From Candidatus Bathyarchaeia archaeon (GTDB lineage: Archaea > Thermoproteota > Bathyarchaeia > 40CM-2-53-6 > DTGE01), in the NCBI GenBank assembly GCA_038825355.1, contig JAWBPF010000001.1, positions 2,183 through 39,289 of the forward strand: DNA of 37,107 nucleotides, in the 5' to 3' direction. Both the position numbers and the translations under genes were made by a program. Below are positions 9,095 to 18,394 of the stretch, piece after piece. The first letter of the stretch is position 1. Each line of letters opens with the position of its first letter. The notes under the pieces were generated by a model that was not told the origin of the DNA, made no database searches, and saw only the letters and a program-made list of their open reading frames with translations.

Positions 9095-9124
9095 GGGAGG
9101 GGCTTAAACCCTTCCCCTGTTTTT
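9095..9124 (+). terminator. Hairpin GGGAGGGG-CUUAAA-CCCUUCCC followed by T5
   Basis: An 8-bp stem (one G-U pair) at 9095-9116, then CTGTTTTT, about 55 nt after the ferredoxin stop. Confidence 0.45.
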
Positions 9125-9185
9125 CAAACCTCTTAGATCATCAACTAGTAGACTCTGCTGTTCAAGGCTAATGGTTTACGGCGCA

Positions 9186-9286
9186 GCCTCGAGGCTCCTC
9201 CCCGCCCGGCTTCCCTAAGTCATCCTTTTGTGCGGAGCCAGCCCAGTCCACGGCGGGGGCCTCGTCATCCCTCATTCTAGGCTCCG
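9186..9286. ncRNA. GC-rich structured element with mutually exclusive helices; K-loop-like hairpin if read on the minus strand
   Basis: It lies upstream of the TATA-like box (9317-9325) of the next gene, so it is not that gene's leader. Helices: 9191-9195/9259-9263 plus 9200-9206/9252-9258, 9208-9213/9234-9239, and 9233-9239/9280-9286. On the minus strand, 9282-9259 reads GCCUAG-AAU-GA-GGGAU-GA-CGAGGC. Confidence 0.3.
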
Positions 9287-9364
9287 ACCGAGACCTCTTC
9301 TATTAAAGATAAAGAGATTTAAAGGATAAACCGGGTAAAATGTTTAGTAGATGTCAGGGGAGTA

Positions 9365-10552
9365 GTGTTATTGGTTAAACGTGGAGGTTTCTCTACGCTC
9401 TCAGTCCATGCGGGGGAGTTCCTGGATCCCTACAGCGGCTCCGTCACAGTACCTATCTACCAGACTTCAACCTTCGCCTTCAAGTCCACCGACTCCCTCC
9501 TGGAGGTCGCTTCAGGGAGGAGGAGGGGCTACATCTACACCAGATATGGGAACCCTACGGTTAGGGCCGCGGAAGAGAAGGTTGCTGCCCTCGAAAGATC
9601 CGAAGACTGCCTCGCCTTCTCCTCCGGGATGGCTGCCGTCTCCAGTGCCGTATTAGCCTTCCTGGAGAAAGGGAGTAGGATGATCTCCTTAAGGGAGGTT
9701 TACGGTGGAACCTACGAGCTGTTCACGGAGTTCCTGCCTAGGTTCGGCGTCGAGGTCGCCTTAACGGAGGGTTCAGGTACCTCCTCCATAAAGGAGGAGT
9801 TGGAGAAAGGCTGCGACCTCCTCTTCCTCGAGACCCCTACAAACCCCCTGCTAGGGATTGTGGACCTGGCAGAGGTCGTGGATCTAGCCCGCTCCGAGGG
9901 CGCTAAGACAATAGTGGATAATACCTTTGCTACACCCTATAACCAGAGACCCATGGATTTCGGGGTGGACCTGGTGGTTCACAGCGCCACCAAGTATCTG
10001 GGCGGCCATAGTGACCTCATAGGCGGGATGGTAGCTGGATCCCGGGAGAACATCTCGAAGATCTGGAGCATACGTAAGGTCTTGGGCGGCGTATTGGATC
10101 CCCATGCAGCTTGGCTCCTCCTCAGAGGATTGAAGACGCTCGCTCTGAGGGTTAGCCGCCACAATTCCAACGCACAAGCCGTAGCCGAGTTCCTAGAGGA
10201 TCACTCTAAAGTTAGGCGAGTGTATTATCCGGGCCTCCCATCCCATCCAGGCCATGAAATAGCCTTAAAACAGATGAAGGGGGGCTTCGGGGGAGTCGTA
10301 AGCTTCGAAGTTAAGGGAGGGTTCGGGGAGGCTGCCAGGCTAGTGGACAACTTCAAGCTTGGCTTCATAGCTCCAAGCCTTGGAGGAGTTGAAACCCTCA
10401 TAACCCAACCCGTAACCACAAGCCACTACTACGTGCCGAGGAGAGAGCGTGAAAGAGCCGGCATAACCGACAGCCTCGTGAGAATAGCGGTAGGAATAGA
10501 GGATGAAGAGGACTTAATAACAGCCCTGGATGAAGCCCTTAGAAAAATCTGA
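9365..10552 (+). CDS. Cys/Met-metabolism PLP-dependent enzyme (cystathionine gamma-synthase / gamma-lyase / methionine gamma-lyase family)
   Basis: 395 aa. Contains the PLP-lysine motif SATKYLGGHSD and family-typical N- and C-terminal motifs. GTG start. Exact specificity cannot be read from the sequence. Confidence 0.88.
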   Translation: MLLVKRGGFSTLSVHAGEFLDPYSGSVTVPIYQTSTFAFKSTDSLLEVASGRRRGYIYTRYGNPTVRAAEEKVAALERSEDCLAFSSGMAAVSSAVLAFLEKGSRMISLREVYGGTYELFTEFLPRFGVEVALTEGSGTSSIKEELEKGCDLLFLETPTNPLLGIVDLAEVVDLARSEGAKTIVDNTFATPYNQRPMDFGVDLVVHSATKYLGGHSDLIGGMVAGSRENISKIWSIRKVLGGVLDPHAAWLLLRGLKTLALRVSRHNSNAQAVAEFLEDHSKVRRVYYPGLPSHPGHEIALKQMKGGFGGVVSFEVKGGFGEAARLVDNFKLGFIAPSLGGVETLITQPVTTSHYYVPRRERERAGITDSLVRIAVGIEDEEDLITALDEALRKI

Positions 10553-10651
10553 TCAGATCCCGATCTGGAAGGGTCGTCTTGTGGGAGTGCGTTTAGACGG
10601 CCGGGGTCGTCGAGGGACCCGTAGACAGTCATAAGATAGGCCGGCTATAGG

Positions 10652-10951
10652 TTACTCCCTCCAGACTTCGAAGACCACGGTGCCTCCGCTAGTATACGGC
10701 CCTCCAGGATCCAAGCATTGGATATAGGCCTTTTCGCCCTCTTTGGAGAGGCCTAACTCCAGGGGATTCACGCCTTCTCTTAAGGCGACCAGGTAGTGAA
10801 GCAGGGGGGCAAGGGCATGGATGCATATCTTATCTGTCTCCTTTAGGTTCACCTCAGGGCCCTCAATCACAATCCTCTCTCCTCCTTTAAATACGGCGCA
10901 ATTGCCTTTAACCTCCTTCACCCGTATGATCAGTTTACCCAATGCCGACAT
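10652..10951 (-). CDS. TIGR04076-family small protein
   Basis: 99 aa with the characteristic pattern KGNCAVFKGGE...ICIHAL...IQCLDPG...VVFEV. Confidence 0.65.
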   Translation of the reverse strand: MSALGKLIIRVKEVKGNCAVFKGGERIVIEGPEVNLKETDKICIHALAPLLHYLVALREGVNPLELGLSKEGEKAYIQCLDPGGPYTSGGTVVFEVWRE

Positions 10952-11072
10952 CTAAAGAAAGAAGCAAGAACCGTGATAAAAACCATCATAAATTAATGAT
11001 TGGTGGGTAGGGTAGATAAAGAAAGATGGAAACCTGATAAGCCTTGGATCTGAAAAGTGGGTAAACGCTGTT

Positions 11073-12236
11073 TCAGAGGATTGCACTCATCCTCTCCAAG
11101 GCCTCTCGGATTCTCTCCTTGTCGATGGTGAGGGCGAACCTCATGTATCCTTCGCCGTGTTCTCCGAATCCGGCGCCTGGTGTAGCCACTACGCCGGCTC
11201 TCAACAGCTTTGCGGCAAACTCCATGGATCTCCCCGGACATTTCGCCCATACGTAGAATGTGGCCTTAGGCTTCGCACATGGGAACCCTAGATCGTTTAA
11301 CCCTTTCACCAGGATCTCTCTTCTCTCAGCGTACATCTCAAGGTTCCTCTCCAAAGGTATACGGTATTCTCCGCTCCAATAATTCCTCAGGGCTGCGGCA
11401 GCCGCCCTCTGGGTGAACGGTGGAGGGCCCGAATCTATCTGGGATTTCACCTCTACCAGGCCTGAGATGAGCTTCTCGTTGCCCACCGCAAAGCCTATCC
11501 TGTCTCCTGTGACGCTGAAAGTCTTCGAGCATGAATGGAACTCCACAGCTATCTCTTTCGCATCCTTAACCTGGAGTATGCTGGGGGCTTTGTATCCGTC
11601 GAAGACTATCTCGGAGTAAGCGTTATCGTAGCATACGATCAGGTTCTTCTCAAAGGCTATCTCCACAAGCCTCTCCAGGAATGGCTCATCTACGACGGCT
11701 GCCGTCGGGTTATTAGGGTAGTTCAAATAGATCATTTTCGCATCTGTCCTCGATATCTCCTCTAGGCGAGGTCTAAACTCCTCATCCTCCAAGAGCGGTA
11801 GGGGCGAAGGTATTCCGTCGCTGAGCACGGTAGCTCCGTCGCGGTACACGGGATACGCGGGGTCGGGCACCAGAACCCTATCTCCATCGTTTATGAAAGC
11901 CCTCGCTATATTGGCTAGGCCCTCCTTGGATCCTATCAGGGCCGTTACTTCGGTGTCAGGGTTTAAATTCACCCCGAACCTTTTCTTATACCATTCAGCC
12001 ACGGCTTCTCGAAGCTCAGCCTCCCCCTTGCTGAAGGAATAGTTATGGTTTGAAGGGACTCCAGCCTCCCTCTTCAGGTTCTCCAGGTAGGCTTCGGGAG
12101 GAGGTAGGTCGGGGTCCCCAACCCCGAAGGATATGAGGTCCACTCCCTGAGCCCTTAGGGCGACCAAGGTATCTTCAAGCTGTTTGAAGAGGTATGGGGG
12201 CAGCCTCCTCATCCTCTCCGAGGGGCTGAAACTCAT
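11073..12236 (-). CDS. dapL: LL-diaminopimelate aminotransferase (class I/II aminotransferase)
   Basis: 387 aa. N-terminus RMRRLPPYLFKQLED...GVGDPDLPPP and PLP-lysine region SCSKTFSVTG. Its stop overlaps nothing, and its start overlaps the dapF stop by 4 nt in a lysine operon. Confidence 0.75.
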   Translation of the reverse strand: MSFSPSERMRRLPPYLFKQLEDTLVALRAQGVDLISFGVGDPDLPPPEAYLENLKREAGVPSNHNYSFSKGEAELREAVAEWYKKRFGVNLNPDTEVTALIGSKEGLANIARAFINDGDRVLVPDPAYPVYRDGATVLSDGIPSPLPLLEDEEFRPRLEEISRTDAKMIYLNYPNNPTAAVVDEPFLERLVEIAFEKNLIVCYDNAYSEIVFDGYKAPSILQVKDAKEIAVEFHSCSKTFSVTGDRIGFAVGNEKLISGLVEVKSQIDSGPPPFTQRAAAAALRNYWSGEYRIPLERNLEMYAERREILVKGLNDLGFPCAKPKATFYVWAKCPGRSMEFAAKLLRAGVVATPGAGFGEHGEGYMRFALTIDKERIREALERMSAIL

Positions 12237-13093
12237 ATATTCAACACCTCATCTGAGAGGATCCCCTCATAGACCTTAACGGCTGGGCCTTCCATGATCA
12301 AGCTGTCCCTTTCCACGGCTACCTTCAATGTTCCACCCGTGAGGATTATCTCAGCTTCTCTCCCTATTAATCCAAGCTTATTAGCCACGGCTGATACTGC
12401 GCAGGCTCCCGTTCCACATGCGAGGGTCTCCCCGCATCCCCTCTCCCAGGTCCTAACCTTCACCTCATTCCTCCCTACGATCTCAGCGAACTCCACGTTA
12501 ACCCTCCTGGGGAAGAGCCGATGCTTCTCTATCAATGGGCCCCATTTATCTACGGGAAACCCGTCGACATCCTCCACGAATATTACGCAGTGGGGGTTCC
12601 CGACGGAGACGCATGAGGCTTTAAATTTGAAGCCTGAAACCTCGAGGATTTCATCTATGAATGGACCTTCCCCTATCATTGGGAGGTCCTCCCTGTTGAA
12701 GGAGGGAGTCTCCATATCCACTTTAACCCCCGTAACCCTTTCACCGCTGATCCTCAATTCCACTTTCTTCAGCCCAGCCAACGTTTCCACGTTCAAGATG
12801 CGGGCGTTTCTAATTTTATTCTCGTAGACGAATTTAGCTAGGCATCTTATCCCATTCCCGCACATCTCGGCCTCGCTACCGTCGGCGTTGAATATCCTCA
12901 TCCTGACATCGGCTGTCGCCAAATGAGGTGACTCGGCAAGGATTAATCCATCAGCCCCCACTGAGAACCTTCTACGGCATAGAAGCTCAGCCATCCTGCT
13001 GAGCCTATCCCCCTGAATCCTATGCCTCCACCCATCGATTACTATATAATCGTTTCCCAGGCCGTGCATCTTCCAGAACTCTATCTCAGCCAA
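12233..13093 (-). CDS. dapF: Diaminopimelate epimerase
   Basis: HGLGNDY, the catalytic Cys motifs MCGNGIRC and ACGTGACA, and NPHCVIF. Confidence 0.92.
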   Translation of the reverse strand: MAEIEFWKMHGLGNDYIVIDGWRHRIQGDRLSRMAELLCRRRFSVGADGLILAESPHLATADVRMRIFNADGSEAEMCGNGIRCLAKFVYENKIRNARILNVETLAGLKKVELRISGERVTGVKVDMETPSFNREDLPMIGEGPFIDEILEVSGFKFKASCVSVGNPHCVIFVEDVDGFPVDKWGPLIEKHRLFPRRVNVEFAEIVGRNEVKVRTWERGCGETLACGTGACAVSAVANKLGLIGREAEIILTGGTLKVAVERDSLIMEGPAVKVYEGILSDEVLNI

Positions 13094-14361
13094 CTTGCTA
13101 TCCTCTGTCCTTCCAATAGGTTCTGGAGGGTCTCCCTCCTCCTTATGAGCTCTACTCTTCCATCCTTCACCAGGACCTCCGCGGGCCTTGGACGGGCATT
13201 ATACTGGCTGCTCATGGAGTACCCGTAGGCTCCAACATCCAGCACTGCTAATAGGTCTCCTTCCCTAACTCCTGGTAGGCTTCTATTAACACCTAGGAGG
13301 TCCCCGGACTCGCATAAGGGTCCCGCCACATCAAATCTCCCTGATGAAGGCTCATCCAACCTAGTTGCTGCGACTATATGATGATAAGCATTATACATTA
13401 CTGGACGTATTAGGATGTTGAAGCCTGCATCAACTCCTATGAATGTCTTATAGGGAGTCCTCTTAATTGAGGCGACCCTTGTAAGGAGCAGGGTTGAATC
13501 GCATACTATGTATCTGCCGGGCTCTATGCAGAGTATTGGCTCACCTAAACTCTTCTCTTGGAGATGCTCCTTAAACCTCTTTAGGATCTCATCAGCGAGG
13601 GCTTCTATATTTAGTGGCTCCTCTCCGGGCTTATATGGGACGCCGAATCCTCCCCCAATATCGACTAATTCAAAACTTATACCTAAGGTATCTTGGAGGC
13701 CGCCGACTATTTCCATTAAACTGTCCATGGCCTGAAGATAAGGCTCAGCCTTCATTATCCCTGATCCAATATGCATATGTATGCCAAACCTTTCGACACT
13801 AGCCTCCAAAGCCAGCCTGTAGGCCTCCTCTATATCGCTGCCCCATAATCCAAACTTGGAGGACCAGCCTCCTGTGACTACGTGGGCGTGATGTCCTGAG
13901 CCGACTCCTGGATTAACTCTAACGGATACGAAGCCTGGTTTCGTGATACTAACCAGCTCTCTCATCTGTGATAATGAGTCTACATTTATAAGTGCACCCT
14001 TACTCACTGCGTACTCAAGTTCTTCCCTTGAAACACTCGTGCCGGTATACATTATTCCTTCGCCATGAAAGCCCGCCTCCAAGGCTAGGAATATCTCGCC
14101 AGGGGAAGATGCATCCACGTAGGCGCCTTCACTTAAAAGCACCCTTAAAACAGATATGTTAGAGTTAGCCTTAGCTGCGTAATATATGCGAGTCTCATCC
14201 TTGAAGGCCCTTTTAAGCCTTCGATAATTATCTCTTATGCGAGTCTCGTCCACTACGTATACCGGTGTTCCATAGGCTTCAGCGATCTCTACTACGGATA
14301 AGCCTCCTACATTGAGGACTCCATTCACCGCCCTAAATGAACTTAAATATTCTTCTCCCAT
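13081..14361 (-). CDS. lysA: Diaminopimelate decarboxylase
   Basis: 426 aa. Contains YAAKAN (PLP lysine), the HIGSG motif, and CESGD near the C-terminus. Confidence 0.92.
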   Translation of the reverse strand: MGEEYLSSFRAVNGVLNVGGLSVVEIAEAYGTPVYVVDETRIRDNYRRLKRAFKDETRIYYAAKANSNISVLRVLLSEGAYVDASSPGEIFLALEAGFHGEGIMYTGTSVSREELEYAVSKGALINVDSLSQMRELVSITKPGFVSVRVNPGVGSGHHAHVVTGGWSSKFGLWGSDIEEAYRLALEASVERFGIHMHIGSGIMKAEPYLQAMDSLMEIVGGLQDTLGISFELVDIGGGFGVPYKPGEEPLNIEALADEILKRFKEHLQEKSLGEPILCIEPGRYIVCDSTLLLTRVASIKRTPYKTFIGVDAGFNILIRPVMYNAYHHIVAATRLDEPSSGRFDVAGPLCESGDLLGVNRSLPGVREGDLLAVLDVGAYGYSMSSQYNARPRPAEVLVKDGRVELIRRRETLQNLLEGQRIASWLR

Positions 14362-14406
14362 CTCTCAAACCACTTTGATTCAGCTAGAGGCTTACTTGGC
14401 TCTCAC

Positions 14407-15207
14407 CTAAGCCTTTAGCACATCGAGCATATCATATATTCCGGGTTTATCCTGGCTGTAAACCCATCTAACGGCAAGCAAAGCGCCCTGAGCGAATAGA
14501 TGCCTTGAAAAAGCTGTATGCTCTATCCTTATGAGCTCATATGGTCCTGCGATCAATACCTCGTGGATTCCAGGCACTCCCCCCAGCCTTAAAGATACAA
14601 CCTCAAGTTCATCCCTACTCCTCTTAGAGAAGCCTTCCCTGCCGTGGATGATCCGGGAGTAGCCCCTTTTATCTTGGATTAATCCGCTAATCTTCTTCGC
14701 CGTGCCACTTGGAGCATCCATCTTACCAGCGTGATGGATTTCTAATATGCTGAAGTCATAGTTTTCTGGGAAAAGCCCCGAAAAATCCAAGATTTTTAGG
14801 AGCAGGTTGACTCCGATGCTGAAATTTGGGGACATAACGGTAGGTACCTTATCCTTTACAGCTGCGACTATGAATCTCCGCTGATCCTCTGAGAGGCCCG
14901 TGGTGCCTACAACAATCTTCTTACCTAAACCGGCTATAAGAGGGAGGTTCTCCACCTCCGCATTCGGAGTAGTAAATGAGACGTAAACATCGGCGTTCTC
15001 CACAGCTTCCTCCAAGCGAGAAGGGTCTACTATCTCTACGTCCTCAGGCTTGAGGGAGATGTCTCCAAGTCTCCTACCTAAATTGGGGCTGTCAGGGGCG
15101 GTTACAGCCCCCACTACTTCGATATCACTCCAATTTAGGGCTTCCTCTATTACGGTCTTCCCCATCCTACCGTCTGCGCCTGCAACGCAGATCTTAATAG
15201 CCTTCAT
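14407..15207 (-). CDS. dapB: 4-hydroxy-tetrahydrodipicolinate reductase
   Basis: GADGRMG dinucleotide fold at the N-terminus and the EIHHAGKMDAPSGTA signature. Confidence 0.9.
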   Translation of the reverse strand: MKAIKICVAGADGRMGKTVIEEALNWSDIEVVGAVTAPDSPNLGRRLGDISLKPEDVEIVDPSRLEEAVENADVYVSFTTPNAEVENLPLIAGLGKKIVVGTTGLSEDQRRFIVAAVKDKVPTVMSPNFSIGVNLLLKILDFSGLFPENYDFSILEIHHAGKMDAPSGTAKKISGLIQDKRGYSRIIHGREGFSKRSRDELEVVSLRLGGVPGIHEVLIAGPYELIRIEHTAFSRHLFAQGALLAVRWVYSQDKPGIYDMLDVLKA

Positions 15208-16234
15208 AGGTTAATCCGCGCCAATATTTCTCCTGATAAAGCCTTTCCTCTAAGTTAACATCAAGGAATCCTTCTATAGGTTCCAGGATTTCAGGGGCGT
15301 TCTCATATACTTGGCGTGTCTTCTCTAGAACTATCTGAAATCCTTTCTTAGTCATCTTCCCGAGGGGCGGTCTGCACGGTCCAACTGAGAAGCCTAGGGC
15401 AGCCATCAAGGTTTTATAGGGTAAGGGATTTCTCGCCTTACAGGCAACCGTCCCATAAGGCGTATCCTCAACGGTACTTACGGCAACTATTTCAAACAAT
15501 GGTTTGAGTTTCTCAGCGGCTTCTTCTCCCTTCTTATAATTCCCCTTCAACATGGATTCAACCATGGATTGAACTGCTCTCGGAGCTATATTTGATGTGA
15601 CAGAGACTACCCCATTTGCCTTTACCATGGGATCATGCATCAATTCGAAGGTTTTATCGTCGTCGCCTGATAATATCGAGAAATCTTCGCCACAAAGCTT
15701 TCTTATCATTTTCGCATGCTCTAAGTTTCCTGTAGCTTCCTTCACATTATTGACGTTCGGGAATCTATCGTGGAGAAGAGCAAGGTCCTGGGGTTGAAGC
15801 TGGGTCCCAGTCCTACCGGGGATGATATATGGAATTACTTCGATGTCACTAAACCTTTTGGCTATAGGCTCTATATATTCTCGTCTAATCTCTAGGGAAC
15901 TTGGACCATTATAATACGGATCCACCAATAAAACAGCCTTTACTCCTATCTCCACGGAACGCTCCGTAGCTTCTAAGGCCTCTCTAGTATTGTTACTTCC
16001 CGTACCTGCTATTACACTAAGTTTCCCGCCTGCGAGATTCCAGACATTCTCTATCACAGATATATGCTCGTCCCAAGTTAATGTAGGAGACTCCCCCGTA
16101 GTACCTGTGGCAACTATCCCTGAAGCCCCCTCCTTAATTTGAAAATCTATTAGGTTGCGTAGCGCTTCAAAACTTAAACTCATGTCTTCCTCCATAGGAG
16201 TTACTAAAGCAGTATAGCAGCCCTTGAACAACAT
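15194..16234 (-). CDS. dapA: 4-hydroxy-tetrahydrodipicolinate synthase (DapA family, long form)
   Basis: TGTTGES motif and VKEATGN (Schiff-base Lys). At 346 aa it is roughly 50 aa longer than typical DapA, through an insertion and a C-terminal tail. Confidence 0.85.
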   Translation of the reverse strand: MLFKGCYTALVTPMEEDMSLSFEALRNLIDFQIKEGASGIVATGTTGESPTLTWDEHISVIENVWNLAGGKLSVIAGTGSNNTREALEATERSVEIGVKAVLLVDPYYNGPSSLEIRREYIEPIAKRFSDIEVIPYIIPGRTGTQLQPQDLALLHDRFPNVNNVKEATGNLEHAKMIRKLCGEDFSILSGDDDKTFELMHDPMVKANGVVSVTSNIAPRAVQSMVESMLKGNYKKGEEAAEKLKPLFEIVAVSTVEDTPYGTVACKARNPLPYKTLMAALGFSVGPCRPPLGKMTKKGFQIVLEKTRQVYENAPEILEPIEGFLDVNLEERLYQEKYWRGLTYEGY

Positions 16235-16372
16235 TTTCCACCACTATATTAGCCTCTCAGGTCCAGATTATGTAACTGAGTGAAATTCTAATACTTATAA
16301 ACGTAACTGGATTCGATTTAGTTTGATTGAATAGTTGGTTGGCTGATGGCTCCCCAATATTTTTATTTATAA

Positions 16373-16639
16373 CTATTTTGGGGCTACTATCCCCTGCTTC
16401 ATAAGGGTGGAAATAATGGAATTCCTATCGAAGCCTATGACTATCTCTCCGTCTATGTCTAGCACGGGCACCCCCATTTGACCCGATTTTATTATAAGAT
16501 CTCTAGCCGCTTTTGGATCCACAGAAACGTCAACTTCCCTGAAGGGGACTCCAAGTTGCCTAAGAAAATTTTTAGTGGCATGACAGTATGGGCATGTAGG
16601 GGTAGTATATACTAATATGTTGGCCAAGGCATGCATCAC
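16373..16639 (-). CDS. Glutaredoxin-like protein (CPYC active site)
   Basis: 88 aa with TCPYCH and GVPVL motifs in a thioredoxin-fold pattern. Confidence 0.8.
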   Translation of the reverse strand: MMHALANILVYTTPTCPYCHATKNFLRQLGVPFREVDVSVDPKAARDLIIKSGQMGVPVLDIDGEIVIGFDRNSIISTLMKQGIVAPK

Positions 16640-16753
16640 CTAACGCAGATCTGAACCTGTGGATAAAAAGGTTGCTACCAACAATAACTAAAAAAGGAGT
16701 TTGATAATTAATGGTTTTAGCTAAGTATCAATTTACTCTAGGAGTGGCCTATA

Positions 16754-17941
16754 TTGATTAAGGACTTAGAGGAAGAGATGGAGGAGCGGGGGCTTGAAGC
16801 GATAGTCGTATCTGGAGGAGATTTCTCAAAAGAACTATACTATCTAGTTAGAACTATAATTCCTCGGGGCGGCGTATACTTCAAGAGAATATATGAAGAA
16901 CCGATGATTATAGTGAGTAACGTCGACGTGACTAGGGCTGAGACTGGGATAGTGAATAATATAGGAACCTTCACGCAATACAGTTATGAGAAGCTAGTGA
17001 AGAAATATGGGATATCCACAGCTATTATCCAATTTTACGATAAATTATTTAGAGAGCAGGGCGTCAAAGGTAATATTGGATTTTATGGGTCCAGGGATAT
17101 GGGAGAGGCTTATCGGATCTTAAAGGGGCTTGAGAACCTAGGCTATAAGGTCATCTGTGAAGCAAGACCGAATCTAATAGATAGGTTGATGGAGACCAAG
17201 GATTCCCTCGAAGTATTGGAAATCAAGAAAGTCGGCTTATTAGTCGAGAAAATCATGGAGGATACGATCACCATGATATGTAACGATTTGGATAAAGGAA
17301 AACCTGTTACAGTGGGTGATGCTAAAAGATATGCGCGAATGTTAATGGCTGAAGCGGATTTATATCCTATAGAGGGCTTTATCCTATCTTCAGGGGAGAA
17401 GACGGCGGATCCCCATGAACTTGGAGAAGAATATGAAAGGATAAAGGAAGGCGAACCGATTGTTCTCGACTTTTACCCTCGGGGGAGGAGTATGCTGTAC
17501 TTTGATGTCACTCGGACAGTTATTGTCGGTAAAGCGTCTAAGAAGCTGAGGCAGATGTATGAGGATGTATTGGATGCGCAGAATATGGCCTACGAGCTCT
17601 TAAACAAAGATGTTAGTATTAACCTATGTGATGTAGTAGAGGATGTATGTGAATTCTTTGAGAAGAAAGGTTATCCAACGATAAAGCGCTTACTCACTGG
17701 AGATATTGGCTTAAAGAAGGGATTTATCCATTCCCTAGGCCATGGGATTGGATGGAGCCTATCGGATCTGCCTAGAATCTCTCTGATAAGCGAGGATAAG
17801 CTAAAGAGGGGTCATGTATTTACGTTGGAGCCCGGCTTATATGAGCCGGGTTTAGGTGGGATTAGGATCGAAGACGTATATGTTTTAAACGGGGGAAAAA
17901 TAGAGCAGATCTCAAAGATAGATAGGACATTTGAAAAATAA
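16754..17941 (+). CDS. M24-family metallopeptidase (Xaa-Pro aminopeptidase/prolidase-like)
   Basis: HSLGHGIG, EPGLY and IRIEDV metal-ligand motifs. TTG start at 16754, with an alternative ATG at 16778. Confidence 0.85.
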   Translation: MIKDLEEEMEERGLEAIVVSGGDFSKELYYLVRTIIPRGGVYFKRIYEEPMIIVSNVDVTRAETGIVNNIGTFTQYSYEKLVKKYGISTAIIQFYDKLFREQGVKGNIGFYGSRDMGEAYRILKGLENLGYKVICEARPNLIDRLMETKDSLEVLEIKKVGLLVEKIMEDTITMICNDLDKGKPVTVGDAKRYARMLMAEADLYPIEGFILSSGEKTADPHELGEEYERIKEGEPIVLDFYPRGRSMLYFDVTRTVIVGKASKKLRQMYEDVLDAQNMAYELLNKDVSINLCDVVEDVCEFFEKKGYPTIKRLLTGDIGLKKGFIHSLGHGIGWSLSDLPRISLISEDKLKRGHVFTLEPGLYEPGLGGIRIEDVYVLNGGKIEQISKIDRTFEK

Positions 17942-17959
17942 ATTGGTTTATGAGGGTGT

Positions 17960-18394
17960 GTGAATTTGGAGAAGCCGCTTGCCTCAGCTGGAGGTGTAGT
18001 ATTCAGGCGTAGTATTGCTGGGCCTCTATTCCTTCTACTAGGGTTAAAGAAACGGGGCATATGGTGTCTCCCTAAAGGGCTTATTGAGGATGGGGAAAGT
18101 GAGCTTGAAGCGGCTAGAAGGGAGGTTGAAGAAGAGACTGGAATCGGCGATCTGAGGCTCATAGACGAAATCGGCGTAATAAACTATGAATTCTGGATGC
18201 ATGGTAGGCATTACCGCAAAATGGTGTATTTCTTTTTATTTGAGACTGAAAGGGAAGATGCTAAAGTTAGCTGGGAACATGACACCTGTAGATGGTTTAA
18301 TTTTGATGAAAGTATCAAGGCGTTGACCTATCCTAAGGAGAAGGAGATACTAAAGAAGGGATATGAGATTATAAAAAATATTAATGGGATATAG
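17960..18394 (+). CDS. NUDIX hydrolase
   Basis: Nudix box GLIEDGESELEAARREVEEETG. GTG start. Confidence 0.85.
   Translation: MNLEKPLASAGGVVFRRSIAGPLFLLLGLKKRGIWCLPKGLIEDGESELEAARREVEEETGIGDLRLIDEIGVINYEFWMHGRHYRKMVYFFLFETEREDAKVSWEHDTCRWFNFDESIKALTYPKEKEILKKGYEIIKNINGI

Noticed and set aside
9175-9300. 5S rRNA, tRNA, C/D-box or H/ACA-box sRNA identity for the GC-rich element
   Set aside because: There is no 5S loop motif (CCGAAC...GAAGUUAAGC), no T-arm and no cloverleaf. There are no CUGA D boxes to pair with the GGAUGA-like sequences. The stem preceding the only ACA leaves no 5' pseudouridylation pocket.
9160-9364. Riboswitch or leader controlling the downstream Cys/Met PLP enzyme gene
   Set aside because: The best TATA-like box (9317-9325) lies downstream of the structured block and about 40 nt from the GTG start. 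The block is therefore probably not part of that mRNA.
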